Shown here piece by piece: positions 38,453 through 47,180 of a stretch of 51,305 nt of DNA. Made by a program: the position numbers and the translations under genes. Within the stretch, counting starts at the first letter, position 1. The number at the start of each line of letters is the position of its first letter. This DNA comes from a virus. Its lineage: Duplodnaviria > Caudoviricetes. The stretch covers positions 1-51,305 of the IMG/VR virus record IMGVR_UViG_3300030450_002582. One strand, written 5' to 3'. The notes beneath the pieces are model-generated. The model was not told the DNA's origin and did no database searches. It saw only the letters and a program-made list of their open reading frames with translations.

Positions 38453-40026
38453 TATGCGACCATCCAATTTTTTGCTTTTCTTTTTGGCTTAAACCACTTT
38501 CTTTTGCCTTTATCTTTCTTCATGTTTGGTGGAAAAGCATGAATTTGTGCGTAATAAAGACTCTCTATTGTGTCATCGTGAGCCATTTTGGGGCCAAAAG
38601 TAAGGATTTCGTTTATTAAATCAAACATATTTTTCCTTAAATGTACTGTTCCAGTGCTAAATCGGGCAGAAAGTCCACTATAAATACGATTTCTTTTCTG
38701 TGTTCCTCCTGGTTTTTGTGGAATTACAGAAATATCATACTTATTTAGCCTCCTTCTTTCATCATTCATAGCTTGGAATATACTTCTATTCATAGCAACA
38801 TCTTCAACTGTAGATGACATACAATTATATTTTTCATGTAATTCTAAAATAATATCTACCACTCCCTTTTTTCCAATAATTTCATTTGTTTCTGGATTCT
38901 TAGATCCAATAGTGGGAATACTTCGATGCCTTTCATATTCTAATACATATAATTCATTATTACCATCAATGGCAATTACAGTTATTACTGAAAAATCACT
39001 ATGCTTAGTATCAATATCTGTCGCTGGATCGCATCCTATGAATGTATTAACTGGTAAATCATTTCCATCTTTTACAATATAATTTATTCCATCTTCATGC
39101 TTATAATAACCTTCCCAATATTTTATATGCTCTCTTCTCCATATTGAATCTTCTTCGCTCATTACTTCCATCATATATTCTTGATAAAATTTTTGAGGTT
39201 GACCTGAATCAGCGTAGAATTTTTTCTTTTCTTGTATTTTTGAATAAGGAAACCATCCTTCCCATAGGGGAGTTTTTTCATCTATAAGAGCTTTATAAGT
39301 AATAACTTTCCAAGCAAATTCTTTATCTTTTCCACCTTTCTTTGCTTTAGCAAAATTATTTAAAAGATTGTTTATAAAAGAATCATAATGGACAGGAGTA
39401 CCATTCACTCTAAGTCTTCCAGTATGAGGTTCAATAGCAGGATAAACAACTGCAGTTACAAGATTAGCATTTTTATCTCGAGCTTCTTTTGTAATTGTAT
39501 TTGCTTCGTGTTCAAAATCATCAAGTACAATAAGGTCATATCTTTTATGTAATTTCGCACCACCTCTAATACCAGCTACATTACTTTTACTAATAAGTTT
39601 ACATCCGTTGGATAATTCTATATCTTCTTCAGTCCATTTTTTTCCTTTCATTGGGCCAAAATAATATTTTATAGATTCGTTATTTTCTAAATGATATTTA
39701 ATATAATCCATATTCCCTACACTAAGTTTTTGTGTAGCGGATACCCATGCATAAAATAAAAAATTATCTTTAGTTGCAAATACAAAATCTTTTATAATTG
39801 AGGCTTTTGTTAAAACAGTTTTACCATGGCCTCTAGGTACAATAATTGCAGTTTGCTTTATTTCTTTATTGTCAATTGCATCTGCAATTTCATAATGAAA
39901 GAAAGGAGTTTCACTTCGCATAAAATCATCTGGGAGGAAAAGTTTTCCAAAGGATATAAGATCTTTATACGCTAATTGTAAAGTTTCTTCAGCTTTGCTT
40001 ATGTTCTTCTTGTTTATATTTGCCAT
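38452..40026 (-). CDS. terL: Terminase large subunit
   Basis: Walker A PRGHGKT, Walker B LIVLDDFE, coupling motif NGT, FYQEY, nuclease IGCDPA...DFS and HDDTIES. Confidence 0.95.
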   Translation of the reverse strand: MANINKKNISKAEETLQLAYKDLISFGKLFLPDDFMRSETPFFHYEIADAIDNKEIKQTAIIVPRGHGKTVLTKASIIKDFVFATKDNFLFYAWVSATQKLSVGNMDYIKYHLENNESIKYYFGPMKGKKWTEEDIELSNGCKLISKSNVAGIRGGAKLHKRYDLIVLDDFEHEANTITKEARDKNANLVTAVVYPAIEPHTGRLRVNGTPVHYDSFINNLLNNFAKAKKGGKDKEFAWKVITYKALIDEKTPLWEGWFPYSKIQEKKKFYADSGQPQKFYQEYMMEVMSEEDSIWRREHIKYWEGYYKHEDGINYIVKDGNDLPVNTFIGCDPATDIDTKHSDFSVITVIAIDGNNELYVLEYERHRSIPTIGSKNPETNEIIGKKGVVDIILELHEKYNCMSSTVEDVAMNRSIFQAMNDERRRLNKYDISVIPQKPGGTQKRNRIYSGLSARFSTGTVHLRKNMFDLINEILTFGPKMAHDDTIESLYYAQIHAFPPNMKKDKGKRKWFKPKRKAKNWMVA

Positions 40027-40189
40027 CTAAAAATTCTTGAAATTCATCTTCAAGTCCTTGCATTTCAACAAAATTACTAAACACTGTTTCAAATTTTGTT
40101 ATTCTTTCTATTGAATAATACATAGCTTTTTCAAGTTCTTGAATATTTCTTTTAATATCGTGCTTACTGTATGTTTTTCTTTTTTTCAT
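39989..40189 (-). CDS. Hypothetical protein (66 aa)
   Basis: SD GGAG; lies in the late operon. Confidence 0.6.
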   Translation of the reverse strand: MKKRKTYSKHDIKRNIQELEKAMYYSIERITKFETVFSNFVEMQGLEDEFQEFLDGKYKQEEHKQS

Positions 40190-40310
40190 ATTCTCCTTCC
40201 AATTTCCAATTCATTACTTGACAGTATTGAACTGCATCATCTAATCCCCTTGCCCAAAATTTATAACCATCAGTTGATACATATCTGGTATAATTCCCAG
40301 ATATATGCAA
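40164..40310 (-). CDS. Small hypothetical protein
   Basis: Part of track ORF 40164..40373; probable TTG start at 40310 just after the SNase stop (MHISGNYTRYVSTDGYKFWARG...). Confidence 0.5.
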   Translation of the reverse strand: MHISGNYTRYVSTDGYKFWARGLDDAVQYCQVMNWKLEGEYEKKKNIQ

Positions 40311-40320
40311 TCCTTTCTCT

Positions 40321-40704
40321 TTACTTTTTGAACTCTTTTTTCTTTTCCCCATGATATTCATAAGCATGCCCATTTATTTTTAGTAGATCATTTAAACTAG
40401 AATCTTCTCCTTCAATAAATATTTCTCCCAGTACTCTTCCATACTTACCAGTACCATGAGACTTTAAAGTGAATTTTCCCTCATCTGAGTCTTCTAGCAT
40501 TTTTTTTGTGTAAGCTTTTGCTTCTAAACCTTTTTTCTTTTCGTCCAAGTCCCTTGTTCTTGATTCCCAAGTATCTACACCCATAAATCTAATTCGTTTT
40601 TTTACCCATGTATCAAATCCTAAATCAATCATAGCATCACAGGTATCCCCATCTACTACTCTTACTAATTCAGCATTATATATAAATTTATCTATTTTTG
40701 ACAT
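40321..40704 (-). CDS. Staphylococcal nuclease (thermonuclease) homolog
   Basis: RVVDGDT, RIRFMGVDTWE, GKYGRVLG and LNDLLKINGHA motifs. Confidence 0.9.
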   Translation of the reverse strand: MSKIDKFIYNAELVRVVDGDTCDAMIDLGFDTWVKKRIRFMGVDTWESRTRDLDEKKKGLEAKAYTKKMLEDSDEGKFTLKSHGTGKYGRVLGEIFIEGEDSSLNDLLKINGHAYEYHGEKKKEFKK

Positions 40705-40717
40705 TTCTTAATTTAAC

Positions 40718-41767
40718 CTATTTATTGCGAAGATATGTTAAATATTCCGCTGCTACTTCTGGATTGAAAATTGTCGTGATTAATCTATTATCATCATCTT
40801 CTTTTGTAGGATCAATAATTGTTACAGGGCAATTAAATATATTTTTATCATCTAGTCCTAATTTATCTGCATAACTATCCATTATCTTAAATGACGCTAC
40901 TTGCAATGCATGGCTAATAATTCCAGAAGCTGGATCTTTTAATACTTGGTAACCTGATACATGAGTATGCCCACAAGTAAGAATATGGTCTTTCCATCCC
41001 ATTTGGACTGCTTTTGCAACTCCATGAGCTGTATTCCACATTGAATTTCCCTTAAATGTATGACGAGCATTAATTGTAATTTCTTTTCCATTAGGGAAAA
41101 CGAGTCTCATCCTTGCTCCCCATCTTTCATACAATCCTTTATGATCTCTCATAATAAATTCTAGAGGGTCACCATCACCTGACCAAACATCGTGATTTCC
41201 TGCGACTAAGTACAACCAATTTAATTTATTAACAAAGTATTCAGTAAGTCTCCATGATTCCTTTGCAGATGTAGATTGTTGTCCATATAAAGTAGCCAGC
41301 CTTCCTATCCAATTATTTTGTATATCTCCTAAATTCCCTGCGAACATTCCTTCTGTATTATTAATAATATTCATATAATGCAGTATTTGAGATATATCCG
41401 TACCATCATCATCGACGTGAGGATCTCCAAAATGAGCAATCCCTATTGGCCCTTTTGTTTTAATATCTATCCGTATAAGCTTTCTACTCTCTTTACTTGT
41501 TTTCTTTTGTTTGTATTGTTTTTGTCTAAATTCTATTAATTCTTCTATTGGTATTGTTTCGGGATCTCTATCTTCTACTTTAAATGGACTTTCTTCTAGT
41601 ATTGTTGGCCTCACTGTTTTTCTTACACAGGCCATACACTTCCATTGTTGTTTTTTACTATTTGCTCTATATAGAAATCCACTTTTATGAAGTGCTCTTG
41701 CACCACAATGAGGGCATCCTATAACATTGCCATCCGCATCTTTTCTTATATCGTCCATTTCTCCCAT
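40718..41767 (-). CDS. Calcineurin-like metallophosphoesterase with N-terminal Zn ribbon
   Basis: CPHC...CMAC, then GDPH, LGD, GNHD, H and GHTH. Confidence 0.88.
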   Translation of the reverse strand: MGEMDDIRKDADGNVIGCPHCGARALHKSGFLYRANSKKQQWKCMACVRKTVRPTILEESPFKVEDRDPETIPIEELIEFRQKQYKQKKTSKESRKLIRIDIKTKGPIGIAHFGDPHVDDDGTDISQILHYMNIINNTEGMFAGNLGDIQNNWIGRLATLYGQQSTSAKESWRLTEYFVNKLNWLYLVAGNHDVWSGDGDPLEFIMRDHKGLYERWGARMRLVFPNGKEITINARHTFKGNSMWNTAHGVAKAVQMGWKDHILTCGHTHVSGYQVLKDPASGIISHALQVASFKIMDSYADKLGLDDKNIFNCPVTIIDPTKEDDDNRLITTIFNPEVAAEYLTYLRNK

Positions 41768-41778
41768 TACTTTCTCCT

Positions 41779-42570
41779 TTATTCCTCGGTTTTTATTTGT
41801 TGATTATCTTCTAGTAATTGATTTTCCCTAGAAGCTCCTTCAATTTGTTCTGGCGAAAATCCTTGAAATACACCTAATAATCCCATTTCTTTTTGTTTTA
41901 CTATATTACCAGAAGTACCTACGATTTTCCCTAATTCTTTTGTGGATTGTAATATGATATTATCGTCTTCACTATAATCAGCAAGATTTTTTAATTTTCC
42001 TAATATATAATCATGGTCTATCCCTAGACTTTTTGCTACATCAAGAACAGATTTTTCTATTTCTTTCATTACTCTTTCCTGTTTTAATAAAATTGTTGCT
42101 TTTTTTCTTGCCTTCTGATTAGACATTTCAGAGTATGCTTTTTTATAAGCATCTACGGCTCCCATACCAGTTACTACATTTACTGCAAATTCTTTTTCTT
42201 TATTAGTTGTCTTTGTTCTTTTATGAACTCTATCAGAAGTGTTCTTTATGTTGGTAGAGAATGTATATCTGTTTGGATGATTATCAAAGTCTGTATCCAT
42301 TTTTACATTTGGTCGATTTATAAAGCTACCTACAACAGTTCTTACCCATCCTTTAGCAAATTGATAATTTTTGCTATCTTTATGATGTTTAACTGTTTTT
42401 GATACTTTTAATAATTGTACGATTCTATTATCATCAGAATATACCCATGAACCTTCTTCGGCATTTCTCCAATCTGAATGAACAACTGTATTAGGATGGT
42501 CTTTTTTAAATTCGTCTATATCATCATAGACATAATGGGGAACTTTTTTTATAATTCTTTTTTCGGCCAA
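41779..42570 (-). CDS. terS: Terminase small subunit with N-terminal extension
   Basis: TNKEKEFAVNVVTGMGAVDAYKKAY...ATILLKQERV HTH pattern and ELGKIVG; TTG start after GGGGAG. Confidence 0.75.
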   Translation of the reverse strand: MAEKRIIKKVPHYVYDDIDEFKKDHPNTVVHSDWRNAEEGSWVYSDDNRIVQLLKVSKTVKHHKDSKNYQFAKGWVRTVVGSFINRPNVKMDTDFDNHPNRYTFSTNIKNTSDRVHKRTKTTNKEKEFAVNVVTGMGAVDAYKKAYSEMSNQKARKKATILLKQERVMKEIEKSVLDVAKSLGIDHDYILGKLKNLADYSEDDNIILQSTKELGKIVGTSGNIVKQKEMGLLGVFQGFSPEQIEGASRENQLLEDNQQIKTEE

Positions 42571-42770
42571 TTGTCAGTCTCCCCACTTTCTTCTAATTGA
42601 AGTAAAAGATTATCTATTAGTCTTGATACTTCTTCATGTACCATATAAATGCTTCCATTTATTTCTAGCGGAACCATTTCTTGTGATAAATTTTCTAAAA
42701 TCACTTCTTGTACATTCACAGGTAGTCGAGCTAATTCTTCTATAAATTTAGCCATATTTTTATTATACAT
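42549..42770 (-). CDS. Hypothetical protein, first gene of the late block
   Basis: 73 aa or shorter (alternative start MAKFIEE); directly downstream of the leftward promoter. Confidence 0.6.
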   Translation of the reverse strand: MYNKNMAKFIEELARLPVNVQEVILENLSQEMVPLEINGSIYMVHEEVSRLIDNLLLQLEESGETDNWPKKEL

Positions 42771-42798
42771 TATTTTTTCCCTTCCCTACCACCCTATT

Positions 42799-42827
42799 AA
42801 TTTAAACCATAAGTCAACTATAATCAA
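42799..42827 (-). promoter_or_regulatory. Sigma70-type promoter of the late (packaging/structural) operon
   Basis: TTGATT-17 bp-TAAATT on the - strand at the strand switch. Confidence 0.6.
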
Positions 42828-42970
42828 AAGGTATTTTACCCAAGTTGTTTATCTAAAAAAATTGTAGGATTTTGAAATAGACATATATTTAGCTCGTATA
42901 CCCAATAACGGGTTTATGGAAATCCGATTTTTAGTTAGCCAATAAATAAAAATAACATAAGGAGTTAATC

Positions 42971-43198
42971 ATGGCAAATACAACCCAAATAGCTATCCCT
43001 ATTACTGATGAAAATACTGGTGAACAGAAAGTAGTGTTCACAACGGCATTAGTGAGTGAAGGTACAGTGCCCTACCAAGGCAAAGATATGTACCTAATCA
43101 AATTTGATTCTGGCAAGACTCAGCTTACTGAGAAACATCCAGATGAATCGAATATTGTGCAACTCATGGATGAGCTAGCATTGGAAGAAGGGATGTAA
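42971..43198 (+). CDS. Hypothetical acidic protein, first early gene
   Basis: SD TAAGGAG; followed by its own terminator. Confidence 0.75.
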   Translation: MANTTQIAIPITDENTGEQKVVFTTALVSEGTVPYQGKDMYLIKFDSGKTQLTEKHPDESNIVQLMDELALEEGM

Positions 43199-43208
43199 CT
43201 ATGAGAAT

Positions 43209-43233
43209 GGGGGGGGTCTTCCTCCCCCTTTTT
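43209..43233 (+). terminator. Intrinsic terminator
   Basis: GGGGGGGG-TCTT-CCTCCCCC-TTTTT. Confidence 0.8.
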
Positions 43234-43357
43234 CTATTGTTTTATTACTATTGTTGTTAAAAGGTGCAATAAAAGGTCGTATATACTTTATTTATATATT
43301 AGTATCGATATTGTATTAACTTGGGGGATAACCTCTAATCATTGGAAATTGTTAATA

Positions 43358-43459
43358 ATGGATAAATTTATTTTAGAAATCATAATATTTATAGTATGTG
43401 TATTTGTCTATGGTTCATTGTATTTAGAATTTAAAAATATGCACAAAGATCACAAATGA
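43358..43459 (+). CDS. Small membrane peptide (33 aa)
   Basis: MDKFILEIIIFIVCVFVYGSLYLEFKNMHKDHK*; ATGA overlap with the next gene. Not in the ORF track. Confidence 0.5.
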   Translation: MDKFILEIIIFIVCVFVYGSLYLEFKNMHKDHK

Positions 43460-43668
43460 AATACTTAATAGTCTTGTTAATGTTAAATGGGTGTAGTGTT
43501 CATACTACTTCGCACTCACTAATAGATAGGGATAATAAAAAACATAAGTATCATACTAATACATTCAATATCATTAAACATAAAAATTACTATTGTGCTA
43601 ATCATTATAGATGGGAGAAGGTATCAATGGTAAGAAGTGTCGATGGTATTAAATACATAGTAAGATGA
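43456..43668 (+). CDS. Putative lipoprotein
   Basis: MKYLIVLLMLNG-C lipobox-like signal; His/Cys motif shared with 23786..24043. Confidence 0.65.
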   Translation: MKYLIVLLMLNGCSVHTTSHSLIDRDNKKHKYHTNTFNIIKHKNYYCANHYRWEKVSMVRSVDGIKYIVR

Positions 43669-43679
43669 GAATTAAACTT

Positions 43680-43995
43680 GGAAGAGTTGATGCAGAGATT
43701 TGGGGCCCGAGGCTCTTCCGTTTTTATTAAACTGCAGTTAACCAAACGATAGCCTTCTTATGCATGAGATTGGCTTAAGGTTTTTTGCCCAAAGAGGTGT
43801 TTTTCCATAGCATAAAACTAAAACAAATTACAAAGGGCATTGTTTATACTTATACTCACAACTACAATAAAGTATATAAAGAGAACTCCGTATTATCCTC
43901 TTATAAGCAATGCCCGATAATTAATAACGAAGAAGATAAGGTTGAGCAATACTAGTTGTTTCCTCTTGCCTGCTACCTTCATAAGAAATGCAGGC
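43680..43995 (+). ncRNA. Structured intergenic RNA candidate (three stem-loops)
   Basis: Stems 43680..43719, 43835..43915 (14 bp, branched interior) and 43968..43995 in an approximately 360-nt gap without a convincing ORF. Confidence 0.35.
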
Positions 43996-44027
43996 TTTAA
44001 TTTAATAAATAATAATAAGGAGCTATA

Positions 44028-44237
44028 ATGAGTGATTTCGATAAACAAGAATATCTAACATCTTTATGTGATTATGGAGTTCCATACATTAACATAAAAG
44101 TAAGACAATTAATTATGAAAAATAAAGATAATATAATTAAAGAACTTTCTAATGATTTTAATATAAGTAAAGAAGATGCTTTAGAAATATTTAAAACTTG
44201 GGAATTAGTAGAAGAAAAACTTAATTATATTAAATAA
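44028..44237 (+). CDS. Hypothetical protein
   Basis: SD TAAGGAG; 69 aa. Confidence 0.7.
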   Translation: MSDFDKQEYLTSLCDYGVPYINIKVRQLIMKNKDNIIKELSNDFNISKEDALEIFKTWELVEEKLNYIK

Positions 44238-44254
44238 AACATAAAGGTGCGGAT

Positions 44255-44428
44255 ATGAGAATAATAACAAAAGAAATGTTTCTAGAATATGAAAAAATAA
44301 GGAAAAGTGGAAAATACAATATGTATAATCCAGAAGCTAGAAGATTAACATCAATGTCAATAAAAGAATGGCAAACAATAATGAAGGACTATGATAAACT
44401 TGCAAAATCATGGTTAAAGGATAAATAA
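44255..44428 (+). CDS. Small hypothetical protein, DUF5049-like (57 aa)
   Basis: MRIITKEMFLEYEKIRKSGKYNMYNPEARRLTSMSIKEWQTIMKDYDKLAKSWLKDK*; RxSGxxNM motif; SD AAGGTG. Not in the ORF track. Confidence 0.65.
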   Translation: MRIITKEMFLEYEKIRKSGKYNMYNPEARRLTSMSIKEWQTIMKDYDKLAKSWLKDK

Positions 44429-44429
44429 A

Positions 44430-45866
44430 ATGTTACATACACCAAGAATGACAGCTTATGAAAGATATATAAAACAAGCTGAGTTATCTAATATGAATTT
44501 TGTACCTAAAGCATTAGATATATTAAATAATACTTATGATTGGAGTTTGCATAGTTCTGAAGGTCAAAATATTGTATATAACAATCCGATACATTTGAAA
44601 AAGCTATGGAAAGATCTTGCTAAAAAATGCGTTGAAAAATTAAATGGCAAATTTAATGAAGATGAATTTGATGAACTATTTAATACAAATTTTGAAGCTG
44701 ATACAAAGTTTCTTCCAGCTGCATTTACTAATAATGAAACAATTATTAAAACAATCAATACAATGACTTCTATGTATTTTGAAACCATGATGTATAATTT
44801 CTATAAGAATGGATTTGATAATTTTGAAATTATATTAAAAGTTATAAAAGAAGATATAAATAACTTTTTAAATAAATGGGCAAGAATACTTTATCATTTT
44901 CATATGTTTAGACAAGAAAATAATAATACAGTCCTAATTAAAGAAGATCTATTATATGCATTAGGAGATACTGAATTTCCTACATCAACAGAATATTTAA
45001 AATCACCATTTAGATCTTTTTACTTAATGTTTGAACCAAATAGTATAATAACTAATGTAAAAGAAACAAATGGAATTACACAAGAATCAGAAAAAATTAA
45101 AGTTGATTATGAAGGAGCGTTTATAAACATAGAAAATGACACAATAAAAAAAGGATATACATCTATAAGAATTGATGTACATATTAGAATAACAAAGAAA
45201 AATTCAAATCACTTTAGCTCGTTAGATCCAGTTAATACTTATTGGGAATTACTTGTTCCAAAAGATGAAAGCATAACTAATGCAATTTATGAATCTTTTA
45301 AAAAAACAAAAGGAATTAGTGAAGTACAACAACAAGTAATGGAAAATTCTTGTTTTAATGAAGGCATGAAAGAAGGCTTGAAAAGTCAATTAATGCATTT
45401 TACAAATATAATTATTCAAGTTCTTTTATATATGACATCTATTAACAGAGAATCTGTATTAATAGAAGGTAAAAAAAAGAAATTAAAACCAAAAAGAATA
45501 AAAAAATACATTGAGAGAGAAGAAACTCAAATGAATTATAATATACTTGGAGGTACTAGAACTAATTATATTAATGGATCTGTTAATAAAAATAAAAATT
45601 ATTCAAATAAGAATAATGTAAATAAAAAGCTAGAATACAAAACTACTGTTCGTGGTCATTGGCATTCTTTTTGGTATAAAGATGAAGTAAAAATATCTGA
45701 AATACCATTATTTATGCATCGTGAAGAAAAATATGACGATATGGGTAAAAAAATGATAAGATGTATAAAATGGATTGAACCTTATATAAAAGGTGAAGGA
45801 CAAGAAATAACAAAAGAATACAAAATGACCTCTGGTGGTTTAACATACAATAATAAAGGAGAATAA
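44430..45866 (+). CDS. Hypothetical 478-aa early protein with RGHW...WIEPYIKG motif
   Basis: Long ORF; C-terminal VRGHWHSFWY...KWIEPYIKG motif preceded by a basic stretch. Confidence 0.8.
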   Translation: MLHTPRMTAYERYIKQAELSNMNFVPKALDILNNTYDWSLHSSEGQNIVYNNPIHLKKLWKDLAKKCVEKLNGKFNEDEFDELFNTNFEADTKFLPAAFTNNETIIKTINTMTSMYFETMMYNFYKNGFDNFEIILKVIKEDINNFLNKWARILYHFHMFRQENNNTVLIKEDLLYALGDTEFPTSTEYLKSPFRSFYLMFEPNSIITNVKETNGITQESEKIKVDYEGAFINIENDTIKKGYTSIRIDVHIRITKKNSNHFSSLDPVNTYWELLVPKDESITNAIYESFKKTKGISEVQQQVMENSCFNEGMKEGLKSQLMHFTNIIIQVLLYMTSINRESVLIEGKKKKLKPKRIKKYIEREETQMNYNILGGTRTNYINGSVNKNKNYSNKNNVNKKLEYKTTVRGHWHSFWYKDEVKISEIPLFMHREEKYDDMGKKMIRCIKWIEPYIKGEGQEITKEYKMTSGGLTYNNKGE

Positions 45867-45867
45867 C

Positions 45868-46149
45868 ATGAGTGTAACAACAACAAGTAAGATAGCATAC
45901 AAAGAGATAAATGAAGAAGGGAAAGCTACAGTACAAGGAGTAATCATATTCGATGCAGTCGAAAGATACGGACAATTAAAAGACGATGGTATGTCATTGC
46001 GTGAAATAGAAGAATTAACTGGCATAGATATTAATGCAGTTAGTGGGAGAGTGAATGATTTAAAAAAAGGTGGTCATTTAAGAACAATAGAAAAAAGAAA
46101 ATGTACAGTAACAAATAGATTAATTTCTCCAGTGGTGGTGAATGTATGA
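45868..46149 (+). CDS. Winged helix-turn-helix DNA-binding protein
   Basis: GMSLREIEELTGIDINAVSGRVNDLKKGG followed by a wing segment. Confidence 0.75.
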   Translation: MSVTTTSKIAYKEINEEGKATVQGVIIFDAVERYGQLKDDGMSLREIEELTGIDINAVSGRVNDLKKGGHLRTIEKRKCTVTNRLISPVVVNV

Positions 46150-46418
46150 GTAAAGAAAAAAAATCAAATCAACCTAAGACTGATGATGAACATAAAGTTG
46201 CAATGTTATTAAGAATATGTGGATATGAAGACTATAAATTTAAAAAATTAGGCACAGACAGAAGGTGTGTGAGTATTGGCTTTAGAGATAAAATTGCAAA
46301 TAGACATCTAGAAAGAATCAATTCAAATGAATTTAATGGGAATATTAAGTTAGAAGAAGTAGATTTTGAAGACGATGATTGTGGAACTGGATATTTTTAC
46401 ATCATAAATCAAAAATAA
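46146..46418 (+). CDS. Hypothetical protein
   Basis: ATGA-coupled to the HTH gene. Confidence 0.65.
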   Translation: MSKEKKSNQPKTDDEHKVAMLLRICGYEDYKFKKLGTDRRCVSIGFRDKIANRHLERINSNEFNGNIKLEEVDFEDDDCGTGYFYIINQK

Positions 46419-46423
46419 AATAA

Positions 46424-46501
46424 TTTGGGGTATATTTTACAAATGAAATTAGTTGGCTCTAATTTGATCTTTTTATTAAAAAAGTGCGAATATGCCCCAA
46501 A
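46424..46501 (+). other. Branched intergenic stem-loop
   Basis: TTTGGGGTATATTT / GAATATGCCCCAAA (14 bp, 2 G-U) enclosing AAATTAG/CTAATTT and CTTTTT/AAAAAG hairpins. Confidence 0.6.
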
Positions 46502-46520
46502 AAACTTAAAGGAGTAATAA

Positions 46521-46697
46521 ATGAGATATTATTGGGAATCTTTATTTAGTGTTGAATACTTTCCATATTGGGAATTTACAATGTTAATGATGTTGTTAAT
46601 GCAATTATCAATGATATGGAGATTACATAGAATAGAAAATAAAGTAGATATAAATAATGAAATAATAAATAAAACATTAGATGAACTAATAGATTAA
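46521..46697 (+). CDS. Small membrane protein (58 aa)
   Basis: MRYYWESLFSVEYFPYWEFTMLMMLLMQLSMIWRLHRIENKVD...*; SD AAGGAG. Not in the ORF track. Confidence 0.7.
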   Translation: MRYYWESLFSVEYFPYWEFTMLMMLLMQLSMIWRLHRIENKVDINNEIINKTLDELID

Positions 46698-46716
46698 AAT
46701 AAAAGGAGAGAGAGAT

Positions 46717-47061
46717 ATGGGAATGGATTTATATGCAGTAAACCCAGAAAGTCAAAAAGGAGAATATTTTCGAGCAAATGTATGGTATTGGAGACCATTG
46801 TGGAACTATACTTGTGATACTTGTGATGATATATTGTCTAAAGAAGATATGTTACAAGGTGAATATAATGATGGATATGAAATTAATGCAGAAAAAGCCT
46901 TTTTAATATCAGAAAGATTAGAAGAGCTTTTTAAAAGCAATCATGCACATGAAAATAAAGAATATTATAATGGATTAAGTGATGATCATACATTTGATCC
47001 AGATTTTGTAATGGAATTTGCAAAATTTTGTGGAGACTCTGGCGGATTTAATATTTATTAA
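46717..47061 (+). CDS. Hypothetical phage protein
   Basis: MGMDLY...YFRANVWYWRPLW...FCGDSGGFNIY; SD AAGGAG. Confidence 0.8.
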   Translation: MGMDLYAVNPESQKGEYFRANVWYWRPLWNYTCDTCDDILSKEDMLQGEYNDGYEINAEKAFLISERLEELFKSNHAHENKEYYNGLSDDHTFDPDFVMEFAKFCGDSGGFNIY

Positions 47062-47083
47062 AATTGTATGTGGAATAATATAA

Positions 47084-47169
47084 GCTGGCAGTGGTGTCTC
47101 GAGAATAATAATTTGTTCGTATTATAATTGCTTAATACTCATTTTATTGTTGTAACTATCCACGCCAGC
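47084..47169 (+). other. Large-loop intergenic stem-loop
   Basis: GCTGGC(A)GTGG / CCACGCCAGC closing a loop of about 65 nt. Confidence 0.6.
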
Positions 47170-47180
47170 ATATATTTCGA

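Noticed and set aside
41620-41730. IS1 InsA-like zinc ribbon suggesting an insertion sequence
   Set aside because: No transposase catalytic domain, terminal inverted repeats or target duplication; it is fused in frame to a phosphoesterase.
3451-42770. Stop-codon reassignment, as in some crAss-like phages
   Set aside because: Genes are full length and densely packed under the standard code, and TAA, TAG and TGA all end genes at coupled junctions.
42839-43325. CCCAAGTT / AACTTGGG inverted pair flanking the first early gene
   Set aside because: Only 8 bp, no recombinase in the window, and compatible with chance.
47138-47147. Hairpin loop 10-mer CTCATTTTAT complementary to the start region of the Sak-like gene (48022..48031)
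   Set aside because: A 10-nt AT-rich match is expected by chance in 51 kb, and it partly overlaps an internal stem.
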